In this document: one piece after another, positions 14,301-25,000 of the stretch
Numbering within the stretch: the stretch's first letter is position 1
Layout: each line of letters begins with the position of its first letter
DNA from: Octopus bimaculoides
Lineage: Eukaryota
Length of the DNA: 64,000 nt
Reading direction: 5' to 3'
NCBI RefSeq assembly: GCF_001194135.2
Contig: NC_068993.1
Span: 20,012,282-20,076,281, forward strand
Program-made: the position numbers and the translations under genes
Notes under the pieces: model-generated
Told to the model about the DNA's origin: nothing
The model's database searches: none
What the model saw: only the letters and a program-made list of their open reading frames with translations

Positions 14301-17300
14301 TCCATTAGATATTTCCAAAATAGTGTAGTGTATTTCTCTAAAATATAAATATATATGGTTGTGGTACTGAGAAGTTTGCTTCAGAACCATGTGGTTTGGA
14401 GTATGATCCCACTGTGTGGATACTGTCAGATAGCTGCAGGTGGACTCAATGCCTTGTGAGTGACATTCATTAGATGGAAACCAGAAGAAACCCATTGTGT
14501 GTGAGCGTGCACATGACTGAATGCATAATTCCTCTCATTTTGACATATGAGCTATAAGTAATTTGTTAGGTAACAGATAAGGGTTGGTATCAAGACAAGC
14601 ATCTGGCAGTACAAAACTCCGCCCACTAGTGAGGCGGTAAGGGTGGCACTTTTAAAGGGGCAGTACTTTTGGGTCTGCTGTAGGCAATATGTGGTTTTTT
14701 TGTGGGGTCGAGGGGTGGCAAACGGAAGCGCTGCCCGGGGCAGCACACACTCTAGCTATGCTAGTGATTGCCTTAATGAAATCTCATTTGACTCGTGTAT
14801 GGTAAAGAAGTGTGATTGAGTGTGTATTCCCTTTGTCTTGTCATGTGCATGCTCATTGTAAACAAAGAGTTATCATTTAAACAAACTATATTCATTGTTG
14901 ACAATACTCAACAAAAGTATGTGGGTTGTTTGTTATTCAATAACTTAAGGGAAATATCTTGCTGGGAAACAGGTGAGAGTGATAGGAAGAGCATCAGCCA
15001 AACAAAAAATTGCCTGACCCATGCAGGCACAGAATAGCAGTCATTAACGTGGTCACTGGAGGTGCATAAAATGGTTTGATAAGCAGTACTTCCATGGAAA
15101 AAGCTTCTGTATTTGCTATTCACTTTGCATCTTATAAAGTACTGCATACACACTGTCTCAATCTCCAAAACTATCCGTTTCCTTTCCACACTTATAAAGC
15201 TACAGGTCCAGACAATGTCATTTATGTAACCTTCAATGCATGCCAAAGTTAACCACTACTTTCACCAAAGTCTTCAATTTCTCTCTCTCTACAGGAATAT
15301 GTTCTGATCTTTGGAAACCGACAACAAAGTATCTCATTCCCAAGAAGGGTAACCACTCTGTCTCTACAACATACTCTGTCCTATTGCATTCACTTCTACA
15401 TTTCAAATATGATGGAGACAGCCATTAATAACAACTTCCGCACCTACTTTTTACTAACAAGGCTTTCATAATGCTAGATCTTCTGGAGACCTACCCACCT
15501 ACATCCATCATTAGTAGGGTCCCACTTGAAAACTTTCGTAAAAGTAGTGTTGTTACTTCAGCGAAAACGTTCTATTGTGTCTGACACATGAATTCTCTTA
15601 AGAAAACTCCCCATCTTAAGGTGCCATCTCATCTCTGGGATAAGTGGTTTTTCATTGGATTGTACTGTATTGTTTTGGAATACATAGAGAGGGATCTTTT
15701 TGAACTTACAGTCTTATCAACACTAGTATGCCCAGGTGAAATGTTTAGTTTTGTCCCCTACTCTTCTTCCAATACATCAACAACCTACTTGCACTCACAT
15801 AAATTATGGTATGACCCTTTCTTTCTCTTTACCTTTCTACACCCAAGCATCATCACGTAATCTCGACAGCCATACTAAAACTGCAGTGACTTTATAAACA
15901 GAGGCCTCAGAAACAACCCCAACCAAACTGGGTCATGCCAATATTGTCTTCAATAATACGAATACAAAATCAGTGCATGGACCAACAAAACATTATCCCA
16001 CTCACTGACTACAAAAGAGCAATATTCAGTCAGAACCATCATGGTTTCTTCAAACACTAAGCATCCCCATTACTGAAGAACTCTCCTGGAGACTTCTGGA
16101 GCTCTCCACAGCCTTATTCAAACCTCACAATTTGAATTTGTCCCTAACTCCAGCTGTTGTAGCCAAACTCATCAAGTTTCTTGATGACATCACTGATGGT
16201 GGCTCATGAGTGTATATTAAGTATCTTGACTATGCAAAAGCCTTCAATTTTGTACTAAATATATGACTTGTGGCAAAACTTTCTGCAACGGCTGTGAAAA
16301 ATGATCTCTACAACTAGCTGATGTCCTTCATTTTCAGCTGAAAACAGGTAGTCACGGTTCTAGGAGATCAATCTTCACCTTATGAGATGACACCTAGTGT
16401 ACCAGAGTGATCCATTCTTAGATCCCTATTGTTTGTTGCATACATTAATGACACAGATGTCAACTTGAAGAATGTTATAATGTTGAAAACCACAGATGAC
16501 ATCAAGTTGTACCTAGAGATAAAAAAGAACAGCTCCTATACACTCTAAATCTTTCCTGCAATCAGATCTGGACACAATGGATAACCAACTGGCAACTCAA
16601 GCTGGCTGCGGATAAATGCACCACCATGCATTTAGGGAGGGAAAACCCCGCTTTTACATTGTCCCACAACAGCAACAACTCTAAGAACCCTGTTGGTAAA
16701 CATGACCTGTGCATTGTTATCAAAAGCAATGTATTGGACAAATCAAATTTCTAAAACTGTCAAGAAGGCTGAGTGTGTCTTAGAATCATTCAGTAAGATC
16801 TTTGTCAGCCACTCTCCAGCTATCTATCTAAAGTTGTATATGATACATCTACACTTAATCTGGAACTCCTATCTTGCATGGCATATCAATCTCCTAGAAA
16901 CTGTTCATAAACGTGCAACCAGACGAATACCTGTCATCAGGCATCTACTATACTCTCAACGTCTTACTTCCTTGGGCATGGACACATTAAAGCTCCAATG
17001 TCTGGCAACTGACTCGGTAGACAAAAGATTATCCACCATCTTCCCAACAATAACCTTAGGTACCTTTTTGAATTCCATATCTAACACTCATGGACATGCA
17101 TATAAAATCAAAAAGCAACACAGCACCCATGACTTTCAGAAACATTTTTTTCACACACACAATTGCTGAAGCATGGAATAAACCATCTGCATCAGTTATT
17201 AGCTGTCAGTACATTACATCCTTCAAAACTTCCATGTTTCCTGAAATTCACTAACAGTACACCAGATGCCCCCATCCCTCCGTTTTTTTTTTTTTTTTAA

Positions 17301-19525
17301 CATTTTCAAGGAGCTATAGTGCATTTGAGAGCACTGTATACAATAAGTACATGTTATATTTATACTGAAATGCACTTCCTAAGTAATTTGATTATTCTTA
17401 TAGCTAGGGGTGGAGGCACAATGTGTGAGGATTACTGCATTTTTTTTACTTGGAGAAAAATATAATCTTTACAAATGTTCAATACCTTACAAAAACTATA
17501 TCAGCTGAACAAACTGAGCTGGGGCTTGGTACTACTGCCATAAATTTGACTCAATTCTCCAGATTACATTTGAGAAAAGATTTATACACATAAATATCCA
17601 TCTTTAGATGTCAAAAAGATCAGAAACGCAACAAAAATTTTAATAATTAAGTCAAACTGAAAATTGGCACATATGAAATAAGCGAAATTCGACTGAATCT
17701 ACAAACTTAACATATAGTTCTATATTTACGAGATGAGGAATTCGATACATTATTTACATTCAATGGATATTTGTCCTCATCTTGTTTGTTGTTAACAACG
17801 TTTCGGCTGATATGAAGACCTGTTGGGGAAGCTTGCGAAGACTTGTTGGGGCAAGTGAGATTGAAACTGAACCAAATTTGATGACTGACACCCGTGCCAG
17901 TGGAGCGCTAACAGCACCATCCGAGCAGGATCACTGCCAGAAAAGCGGTCTCGCTTCCATGCCGGTGGCATGTAAAAAGCACCATTTGAGCGCGATTGTT
18001 TCCAGCTTTGCCTTACTGCCACTTGTGCCGGTGGCATGTGAACAAAACATTGGACTGACTCCTGTGCAGGTGGAATGTAAAAAAACACCATTTGAGCATG
18101 GCCGTTGCCAGTACCACCGGACTGGCCCTCGTGCCGGTGGCACGTAAAATGCACCCACTACACTCTCGGAGTGGTTGGCATTAGGAAGGGCATCCAGCTG
18201 TAGAACCTCTGCCAGATCAGATTGGAGTCTGGTGTAACCATCTGGTTCACCAGACCCCAGTCAAATCGTCCAACCCATGCTAGCAAGGAAAGCGGACGTT
18301 AAATGATGATGATGATACCTTCCAGCCTCCTTCAGGTGTCTTGGGGAAATTTCGAACCTGGGTTCTCATTCCTAAGGTAGTTTTCGATGTTATTATTATT
18401 ATTATTGTTCAGGTCACTGCTTGGAATCGAACTCGGCATCTTGGGGTTAGTAGCCCGAGCTCTTAGNNNNNNNNNNNNNNNNNNNNNNNNNNNNNNNNNN
18501 NNNNNNNNNNNNNNNNNNNNNNNNNNNNNNNNNNNNNNNNNNNNNNNNNNNNNNNNNNNNNNNNNNNNNNNNNNNNNNNNNNNNNNNNNNNNNNNNNNNN
18601 NNNNNNNNNNNNNNNNNNNNNNNNNNNNNNNNNNNNNNNNNNNNNNNNNNNNNNNNNNNNNNNNNNNNNNNNNNNNNNNNNNNNNNNNNNNNNNNNNNNN
18701 NNNNNNNNNNNNNNNNNNNNNNNNNNNNNNNNNNNNNNNNNNNNNNNNNNNNNNNNNNNNNNNNNNNNNNNNNNNNNNNNNNNNNNNNNNNNNNNNNNNN
18801 NNNNNNNNNNNNNNNNNNNNNNNNNNNNNNNNNNNNNNNNNNNNNNNNNNNNNNNNNNNNNNNNNNNNNNNNNNNNNNNNNNNNNNNNNNNNNNNNNNNN
18901 NNNNNNNNNNNNNNNNACGAGTAAAAGCATAAAATATTCACTATAACATTCTGGAGTGACTCTTTCCATGATATATTTACGCACTACGCAGTTATGATAT
19001 TAGTTGACTGTTTCACACTCTCTCAACTATACTGACCAACTTTTACTTCTAAAGTTGGTGCAACAGCACAAAACGATGATGAAAAATACTTGTAATGCCA
19101 TGGTTAAAAACAAATAGAGAAAATAAAATAAAAAAGTCAGAAATTACTCATTTTGCCCCACCACATATTTTTTCTTTTTTTTATTTAAAGTAGGATTATA
19201 TAAAATTGAAGAATAGAATTTATAGTTTACAAATGACAAAACAATGTAACAAAAATAGACGTGACATTCTACATTGGTTAGAATAATATAAGTATTATCG
19301 ATTGGATTTAACATATAAAATACAACCAGAGTATTCATTGAAGAAAACACGTGTGCAAGAAAGCGAGCTGGAGAATTACAACAAAAACATAATTTGTTAG
19401 AGCACAAGAAATGTTTCAAAAGAACTTTCATTTACCTCATCACAGTACGATTGTGGATCTCGTTTAATCAAATTCTGTAACTGTGGTAAATTATTTGGTA
19501 ACTGGTTGTGGTGCCGACTCGACAT
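2287..19525 (-). CDS. SDAD1: SDA1 homolog (SDAD1), 5' part; 7 coding exons, 711 nt; gene continues leftwards
   Basis: Spliced translation [38 protein letters not shown]...MFLAQ/VALCY...[19 protein letters not shown]...[67 protein letters not shown]... matches the conserved SDA1 N-terminus ([16 protein letters not shown]). All introns are GT-AG, phase 0. Confidence 0.97.
5021..5248 (+). mobile_element. piggyBac-type MITE (other copies 8221-8447, partial ~13115-13215 and ~40820-41030)
   Basis: TTAA-CCCTTTAG ... CTAAAGGG-TTAA. Confidence 0.85.
5904..6870 (-). mobile_element. 5'-truncated RTE-clade LINE: ORF2 C-terminus plus long 3' UTR with minisatellite and (ATG)n tail
   Basis: Minus translation [37 protein letters not shown], ~60-bp tandem units, ends gcatggaaagcggacgttaaatgacaatgatgatg. 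Confidence 0.75.
6928..7020 (-). CDS. SDAD1: SDAD1 coding exon 6 (93 nt)
   Basis: tttgcag|[31 protein letters not shown]|gtaac. Confidence 0.95.
7275..7561. mobile_element. piggyBac-type MITE, second family
   Basis: TTAA-CCCATTACC ... GGTAATGGG-TTAA. Confidence 0.8.
8083..8148 (-). CDS. SDAD1: SDAD1 coding exon 5 (66 nt)
   Basis: ctcctcag|[22 protein letters not shown]|gtatgt. Confidence 0.95.
8221..8447 (+). mobile_element. piggyBac-type MITE, same family as 5021-5248
   Basis: TTAA TSD and CCCTTTAG TIRs. Confidence 0.85.
9202..9384 (-). CDS. SDAD1: SDAD1 coding exon 4 (183 nt)
   Basis: ctccacag|[61 protein letters not shown]|gtaagt. Confidence 0.95.
10275..10807 (-). mobile_element. Retrozyme-like / Penelope-related non-autonomous element (1.5 monomers of ~360 nt)
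   Basis: ~170-bp direct repeats at 10275-10444 and 10636-10804 (~80% identical by eye) with a hammerhead at the junction. Confidence 0.65.
10442..10492 (-). ncRNA. Type I hammerhead ribozyme motif, core intact
   Basis: CCAGCA-CUGAGGA-GUGGUA GAAA UAGCCU-GAAA-CCAGGACUG-GUC^UACUGG. Stem I 5/6 pairs, stem III 4 bp, stem II 4/6 pairs. Confidence 0.75.
10829..10927 (-). CDS. SDAD1: SDAD1 coding exon 3 (99 nt)
   Basis: ttccag|[33 protein letters not shown]|gtaagt. Confidence 0.95.
11854..12155. mobile_element. hAT (Charlie-like) MITE, degenerate right end
   Basis: cagcggttctcaacc ... ggttgagagc. Confidence 0.55.
12826..12930 (-). CDS. SDAD1: SDAD1 coding exon 2 (105 nt)
   Basis: tttctttcag|[35 protein letters not shown]|gtaat. 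Confidence 0.95.
15860..17330 (+). mobile_element. Decayed CR1/L2-like LINE reverse transcriptase fragment
   Basis: [24 protein letters not shown], and C-terminal [10 protein letters not shown]...FF...WNK with stops and frameshifts. Confidence 0.75.
17717..18466 (-). mobile_element. tRNA-headed SINE carrying a hammerhead motif, interrupted by RTE insertion 17814-18316; 5' end in gap
   Basis: B-box GAGTTCGATTCC (18423-18434), (AAT)n, and rejoined GACAC-CTGAAGG-A-GGCTG-loop-CAGCC-GAAA-CGTT. Confidence 0.65.
17814..18316 (+). mobile_element. RTE 3'-UTR copy. Other copies ~12170-12650, 26480-26700, 27350-27573, 30020-30330, 33930-34392, 35210-35500, 38410-38665, 39645-39748, 41478-41572, 46035-46370, 52480-52740, 54155-54420, 60900-61345
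   Basis: Shared cacccactacactctcggagtggttggcgttaggaagggcatccagctgtag...catggaaagcggacgttaaa(tga)n. Confidence 0.85.
19436..19525 (-). CDS. SDAD1: SDAD1 coding exon 1 (90 nt)
   Basis: ATG at 19525; [30 protein letters not shown]|gtaaa. Confidence 0.96.
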
Positions 19526-19728
19526 TTCGATTTACAACAGTAGAATCTCGAGGAATCTAACAGTCGGAAGTATACGGTGTTAAAGGAAATTTTGACACCT
19601 CTGTAAAAACGTACAAAACACTTAATTAAAAACACAGCTTTTCGATGGCATTTAATTAAAGATATTATTAAAATAAAAACACTTTAAACTGTACACACAC
19701 AGCTAATAGCATGATAGTGCCAGAGGCA

Positions 19729-19792
<64 letters not shown>

Positions 19793-20270
19793 GCATACAC
19801 AAATATATATACACATACATATAAATGCACACAAACATACATACATACACGTGTGCGTGCGTACGTACGTAAGTACATAACACGAAATGATCATTTGAGC
19901 TGATGAGTTTTCTTTTTATTTCGTTCACACTCCATACATTTCACTATGTGTTCCACATGCAGAAGGCATCTCTCAGATACCCCCAACCCTGCCTTCTCAC
20001 TATCTTATATGTACACAAATAAAACTCGGATGTCCTTATTTGTTTTTTTAGGCTCGACACCCCTCTTCACTGGATGAACAATTAAGAAAGTTATTTATTT
20101 TTATGTTTTTCTGTACGTTAATTTTAAAAATATTATTGCTCACTGCTTTTAATTCGTAAATTCGTAAATTCCAAGTTTTATTGCACAGCAAGCTACAACA
20201 AAACTCTTCTGTCTCAAGTTAATGAAGTTGTGGAACCTGTTGTCAACTGGCGGCAAATTGAAAAGTTCGA
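19526..20270. promoter_or_regulatory. Putative bidirectional promoter and possible non-coding DDX11 first exon
   Basis: Lies between divergent ATGs. Locally raised CpG, ETS-like CGGAAGT at 19565-19571, (TA)n at ~19732-19780, canonical plus-strand donor ttcga|GTAAGT at 20271. Confidence 0.5.
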
Positions 20271-21873
20271 GTAAGTGGAATTTTCTTTATTTATTACTAA
20301 ATCATAAAGAAATGTTAGCATATTTTGCCTGCTTTTTCTTTTTTCACCTCATTTGTTTACTGTTGCGAAGAAAACTACTATCATTTGTTAAGTTGCTTAA
20401 TGCCAAGTCCAACCTAATCAAGCAAACTTATGATCAATGATAGTCATTCCGACAGCAACTAACTCGCATTTTGTTCTTTCTAAGACTTAGTTTATCTAGG
20501 CCCACATTATCCAGGGTGTACTTTTTTTTTATACGGTAGTGTGTGATTTGAAGGAGATTTGGTTGCTATTTCTAAAAAGTCGAATGACAAAGTAAATACT
20601 ACTTTTCTTTTTTTTTGTTTTCTTTTTTTCGAAGTGCTTTGTTGTTATTTCTGAGCTTTCGGTCCCAACTTTGATCAAAAAGATGGGCGGATCGAAGGAA
20701 ATCTAACCGTCATCACTTTTTTAATTGGTAAATTTTTACAAAAATTTATCTTTTGATTTTTATATATAGTGTAGTTTAGATTACCAATTCAATGTATTCT
20801 TTCTTTTATTTTGAAAATGGTAGTATGTTTTACCAGGAAGATTACCAGATTTGGCTGCTATATCCAATAGACCGAGCGTTGGCTCTTTCTTTGTTGTTTA
20901 GCACCAGTTCAACCCTGATCGAATAAACCTATAAGAAAAAGATATTCCAACCATTGCCATCTCGTCGTTTTTCAAACGCAGTCCACCCAGAACTACATTC
21001 ATCCCACGTATTCTTCCTTTTTGGTTTTAAGATAGTAGCTTATGATTTGACGGAGACTTGCTTGTTATTTCTAGCCAATCGAGCGACTATGTAAATGCAG
21101 CTTCGTTGACTTGTAGTCTAGGAAGTATCGACTATAGCTACCCTTATTACTGATAAATGGTTTCATAGAAGTTCCCGAGAAATACGACTCTAAGAAAAGA
21201 TGTGTTGCGCTGAGACTGAGTATTAAGTCCTGCTTTATCCAGTATTAAAGTTCTTGGAGTATCAGTTTCTCTACGCTGGTCATCCTGCTTATAACTTTGT
21301 TCGGAATAATTTAGGTCTCAGATTTTGGGTTCGACTTATAGTTCTGGAGTTCAAACTTTAGGTGTAGTTCGTATATTGATTCTGTCACGAGAGATTTTTC
21401 TTCGCCTTCATCCTATAATGAATTTTATTGAGAATGCTTCCTATCTGTCAGTCATACCTTTAACTTTCAGTTTCAAAATCACATCAACACTTCCCACATT
21501 TTAGCGTTTTCAGGATCATCTGGAAAAGCAGAAGAAGAGTCTGATTCCTATAGCATTTCATTACTCATTCAAATTATATCTATCTGCAAATGGGTATCTT
21601 TTCTGTCCCACCCCTCTGCAAAAAAAAAAAAAAAAAAAAAAANNNNNNNNNNNNNNNNNNNNNNNNNNNNNNNNNNNNNNNNNNNNNNNNNNNNNNNNNN
21701 NNNNNNNNNNNNNNNNNNNNNNNNNNNNNNNNNNNNNNNNNNNNNNNNNNNNNNNNNNNNNNNNNNNNNNNNNNNNNNNNNNNNNNNNNNNNNNNNNNNT
21801 GATATCTAAGTTAATAGCATGAATTAATCGTTTGCAGAAGAAATCTCTTATCCAAATATTAAATTATTTAATT

Positions 21874-22018
21874 ATGACCAGAATGTGTGACGATTTCTCT
21901 GATGATGATGGAACAGATGAACTTCTCTCAGCCATTTCTTTTGATGTCTTACCTGAAGTGAAGAAAGATACAAATGGAAAAAATTCGTCACCTTCACCAA
22001 AGGAGACACAAAAACAAG
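21874..22018 (+). CDS. DDX11: DDX11 coding exon 1 (start at 21874 or 21883)
   Basis: (MTR)[28 protein letters not shown]...KETQKQ, G|gtaaac phase 1, joins exon 2 in frame. No recognisable helicase homology in this exon. Confidence 0.65.
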
Positions 22019-25000
22019 GTAAACTTTTTTCCTTTTTTTTTAATTTCTTCAGGTAACCCCTGAGATGATATCCTATTTTGTCACAAAAAAACTTCTCTTA
22101 TTCTAGATTAAGTCAATTCCTCATATGTCATTTCACACTTGTACTTATTTGGCAAGTATCTTGGTCTGAGATCACATAATTAAACTAAGATAATTACTTT
22201 TGTCATTTTAGCCTTTTAAGAACACACGAAAGTGTCATGATAATTTTCATTTATTTCTTTCAAGACCTGCTCGCGGATACAATTCTACATTATTTTGTGT
22301 GCCTATTTCAGATTATGTTAATGTGCCAGAAGAATTTCCATTCCCATTTATACCTTACAATATCCAGTTGGGTTTTATGAAAGCACTCTATGAATGTCTA
22401 CAACTTGGAAAAATTGGAATATTTGAAAGCCCAACAGGAACTGTGAGTAGAGCAATTATTATGTCTGAACTCAGAAATAATAGAGTATTTTGTAAGCATA
22501 AATTAGTATTTGACCATTTTGTCTATAGTTTTATTCAAAATCTTTTATTTGAACTTTTGCTGGATTTGCACTCATAAAATGTCTCTCTCTACAACAACTC
22601 CAGTTCAGTTGAGGGTCTTAGCTTTGTGTTGTGAATTACTTGGTGACCTTATTAATGTCAGTGTCACACAAAAAACACCCAGTAAACTGTAAAATGGTTG
22701 GTGATAGGAAGCATATCAAATACATAGAAACTATGCCAAAATAGACACTGAAAGTTCAACACAGTCCTTCAACTCAGATCCTGTTAAACTCTCCAATCCA
22801 TACTTGCATGCAAGATGGATGTTAAATGATGATTATTATTTCTTTATTGCTCACCAGCAACTAAACATAGAGGGAACAAACAAGGACAGGCAAAGGGATT
22901 GAGTCGATTACATTGTCCCCAGTGCATGACTGGTACTTATTTAATTGACCCCGAAAGGATGAAAGGCAAAGTCGACCTTGGCGGAATTTGAACACAGAAC
23001 ATAACAGCAGACGAAATCCGCTAAGCATTTCGCCCAGCGTGCAAACAATTCTGCCAACTTGCTGCCTTTTATAATGATAATGAATGAAAAAAATTTTAGC
23101 TTTTAATTTGTTGCTACTAACATTAGTATACTATAAGTCTTTTCAAAATCATTATAGCATGGGAAATTTCATCGTAAAAACTATGTTAAATGATGAATAG
23201 AAAAATAAAACATGAAATAAACTTTATACAGCTGAGATCTAAACACTACAAATATCAAAAATTCTCATATGGCAAATGAGATAGCAATAAAAAAAAAAAG
23301 TAGCTTTATTGGCACTAATGTGAGTGGATGAAATATGCCTAGTTGCTTTGTTGTAAAGGTTAACATGTTCATCTGGATAATGACAACAGCTTGGTTCAAT
23401 CTGCACAGGCAGATCTGTGTATGTTTTTTCTGTCTTGGTTTCATGCTTATAAAGTGTCTCATTTAATTTAAAATTTATATTGGAACTATGTTTTTTAACA
23501 TAGTGTTTTAATCATATTTGTGCTGCTTTAGTACCTTCCTTATACCATGTTGAAATAAATTGAACAACTTAACTGAGAAACTACTCATTTTAAAGGTGAA
23601 GTATATTTGCCACTTAAATGTGGCTGACCCCTAAGGGTGGATGTTACTGTTGCTTTTAGCCCCAGGAGAACATCTCCTCCAGCTGGCTATCGACACACAT
23701 CTGTGTCCTGCCTGTATTTGCAAAGGGAAGTCATCCTTCCCATCTTGATCTGCGATACGTACGGACTCGAGTTTCTGGGTATTTTCCCGTCCTCAGCGTA
23801 CGACAATTGCCAACCTTCGATGCGAAAGATATCCCGATGCAAGTACTTATATCTTTTTCCAGTGAAATTATTCACTGATCTCATTTTAAAGTTGTATATT
23901 TAAGAGATGAGAGGAATTATGTACATTATTTACACTATTTACATTCGACGGATATTTGTCCTCATCTTGTTTGTTGTTAACACTTTTCTTTTTCTCATCT
24001 CACTACAAATAATGTAAATAATGCTCATTTTATATTTGTTTCAGGGTAAATCTCTTAGTGTAATTTGTGGTTCACTTAAATGGCTGCGTGATTATAAAGA
24101 AGAACAATTAAAACAGTTGGAGAATTTAATGAATGAAGAGGCCAACACTAAGGAGTATGTATTTCATTTGATTGACATTTGCTTGTTATTGAAATCAATG
24201 GCTTTCATCCACATATTAGGATAGTTGCTGTGAGGTCAAGTATATATGTAGTGTGTTTGTATCTCCATACCTTGACATTGAGTGATAGTGGTAAATGAGC
24301 ATCACTGCCATATGTGTGATGCCTTTGTTTCCAGTCTTCTATGGAGACGCAATGGCCTAGTGGTTAAGGCAGCGGATTCGTGCTCATAGGATCGCGGTTT
24401 CAATTCCCAGACCAGGCGTTGTGAGTGTTTATTGAGCGAAAACGCCTAAAGCGCCACGAGGCTCCGGCAGGGGATGGTGGCGAACCCTGCTGTACTCTTC
24501 CACCACAACTTTCTCTCACTCTTACTTCCTGTTTCTGTTGTGCCTGTAATTCAAAGGGTCAGCCATGTCACGCTGAATATCCCCAAGAACTACGTTAAGA
24601 GTACACGTGTCTGTGGAGTGCTCAGCCACTTGCACGTTAATTTCACGAGCAGGCTGTTCCATTGATTGGATCAACTGGAACCCTCAACATCGTAAGCGAC
24701 GGAGTGCCAACAACAATCTGTGAAATATTTACCTAGCTTGTAAACAGGTGAGGGTTGGTGATATGAAGGACATCAGGCCAATGAAAATTTACTTTAGTGA
24801 TTTATGTCTGACCAATGCAACAATGGAAAAGTGCACTTTAAAATGACAATATACAATCTTGTTTTCAAACCTTGCTATTGTTATTGTGTTGGGTAAACAA
24901 TTAAGTCACATTACAGTTTACCTTAGTTTGACTAGCTGTAAAACAAGCCTCATTTACATTGTATATATAAACGGTTTATGTTGAGAAGAACATCCAGGTG

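Noticed and set aside
19668-19928. YI/CV-repeat ORFs (also 40194-40589, 30988-31200)
   Set aside because: They are translations of (TA)n/(TG)n microsatellites.
20222-20270. ATG-initiated upstream coding exon for DDX11
   Set aside because: The phase-1 donor is out of frame with both candidate acceptors (21838 and 21882). At most it is a uORF in a UTR exon.
24343-24420. Possible tRNA gene
   Set aside because: A/B boxes are present but there is no complete cloverleaf, and it continues into a SINE body found twice in the window.
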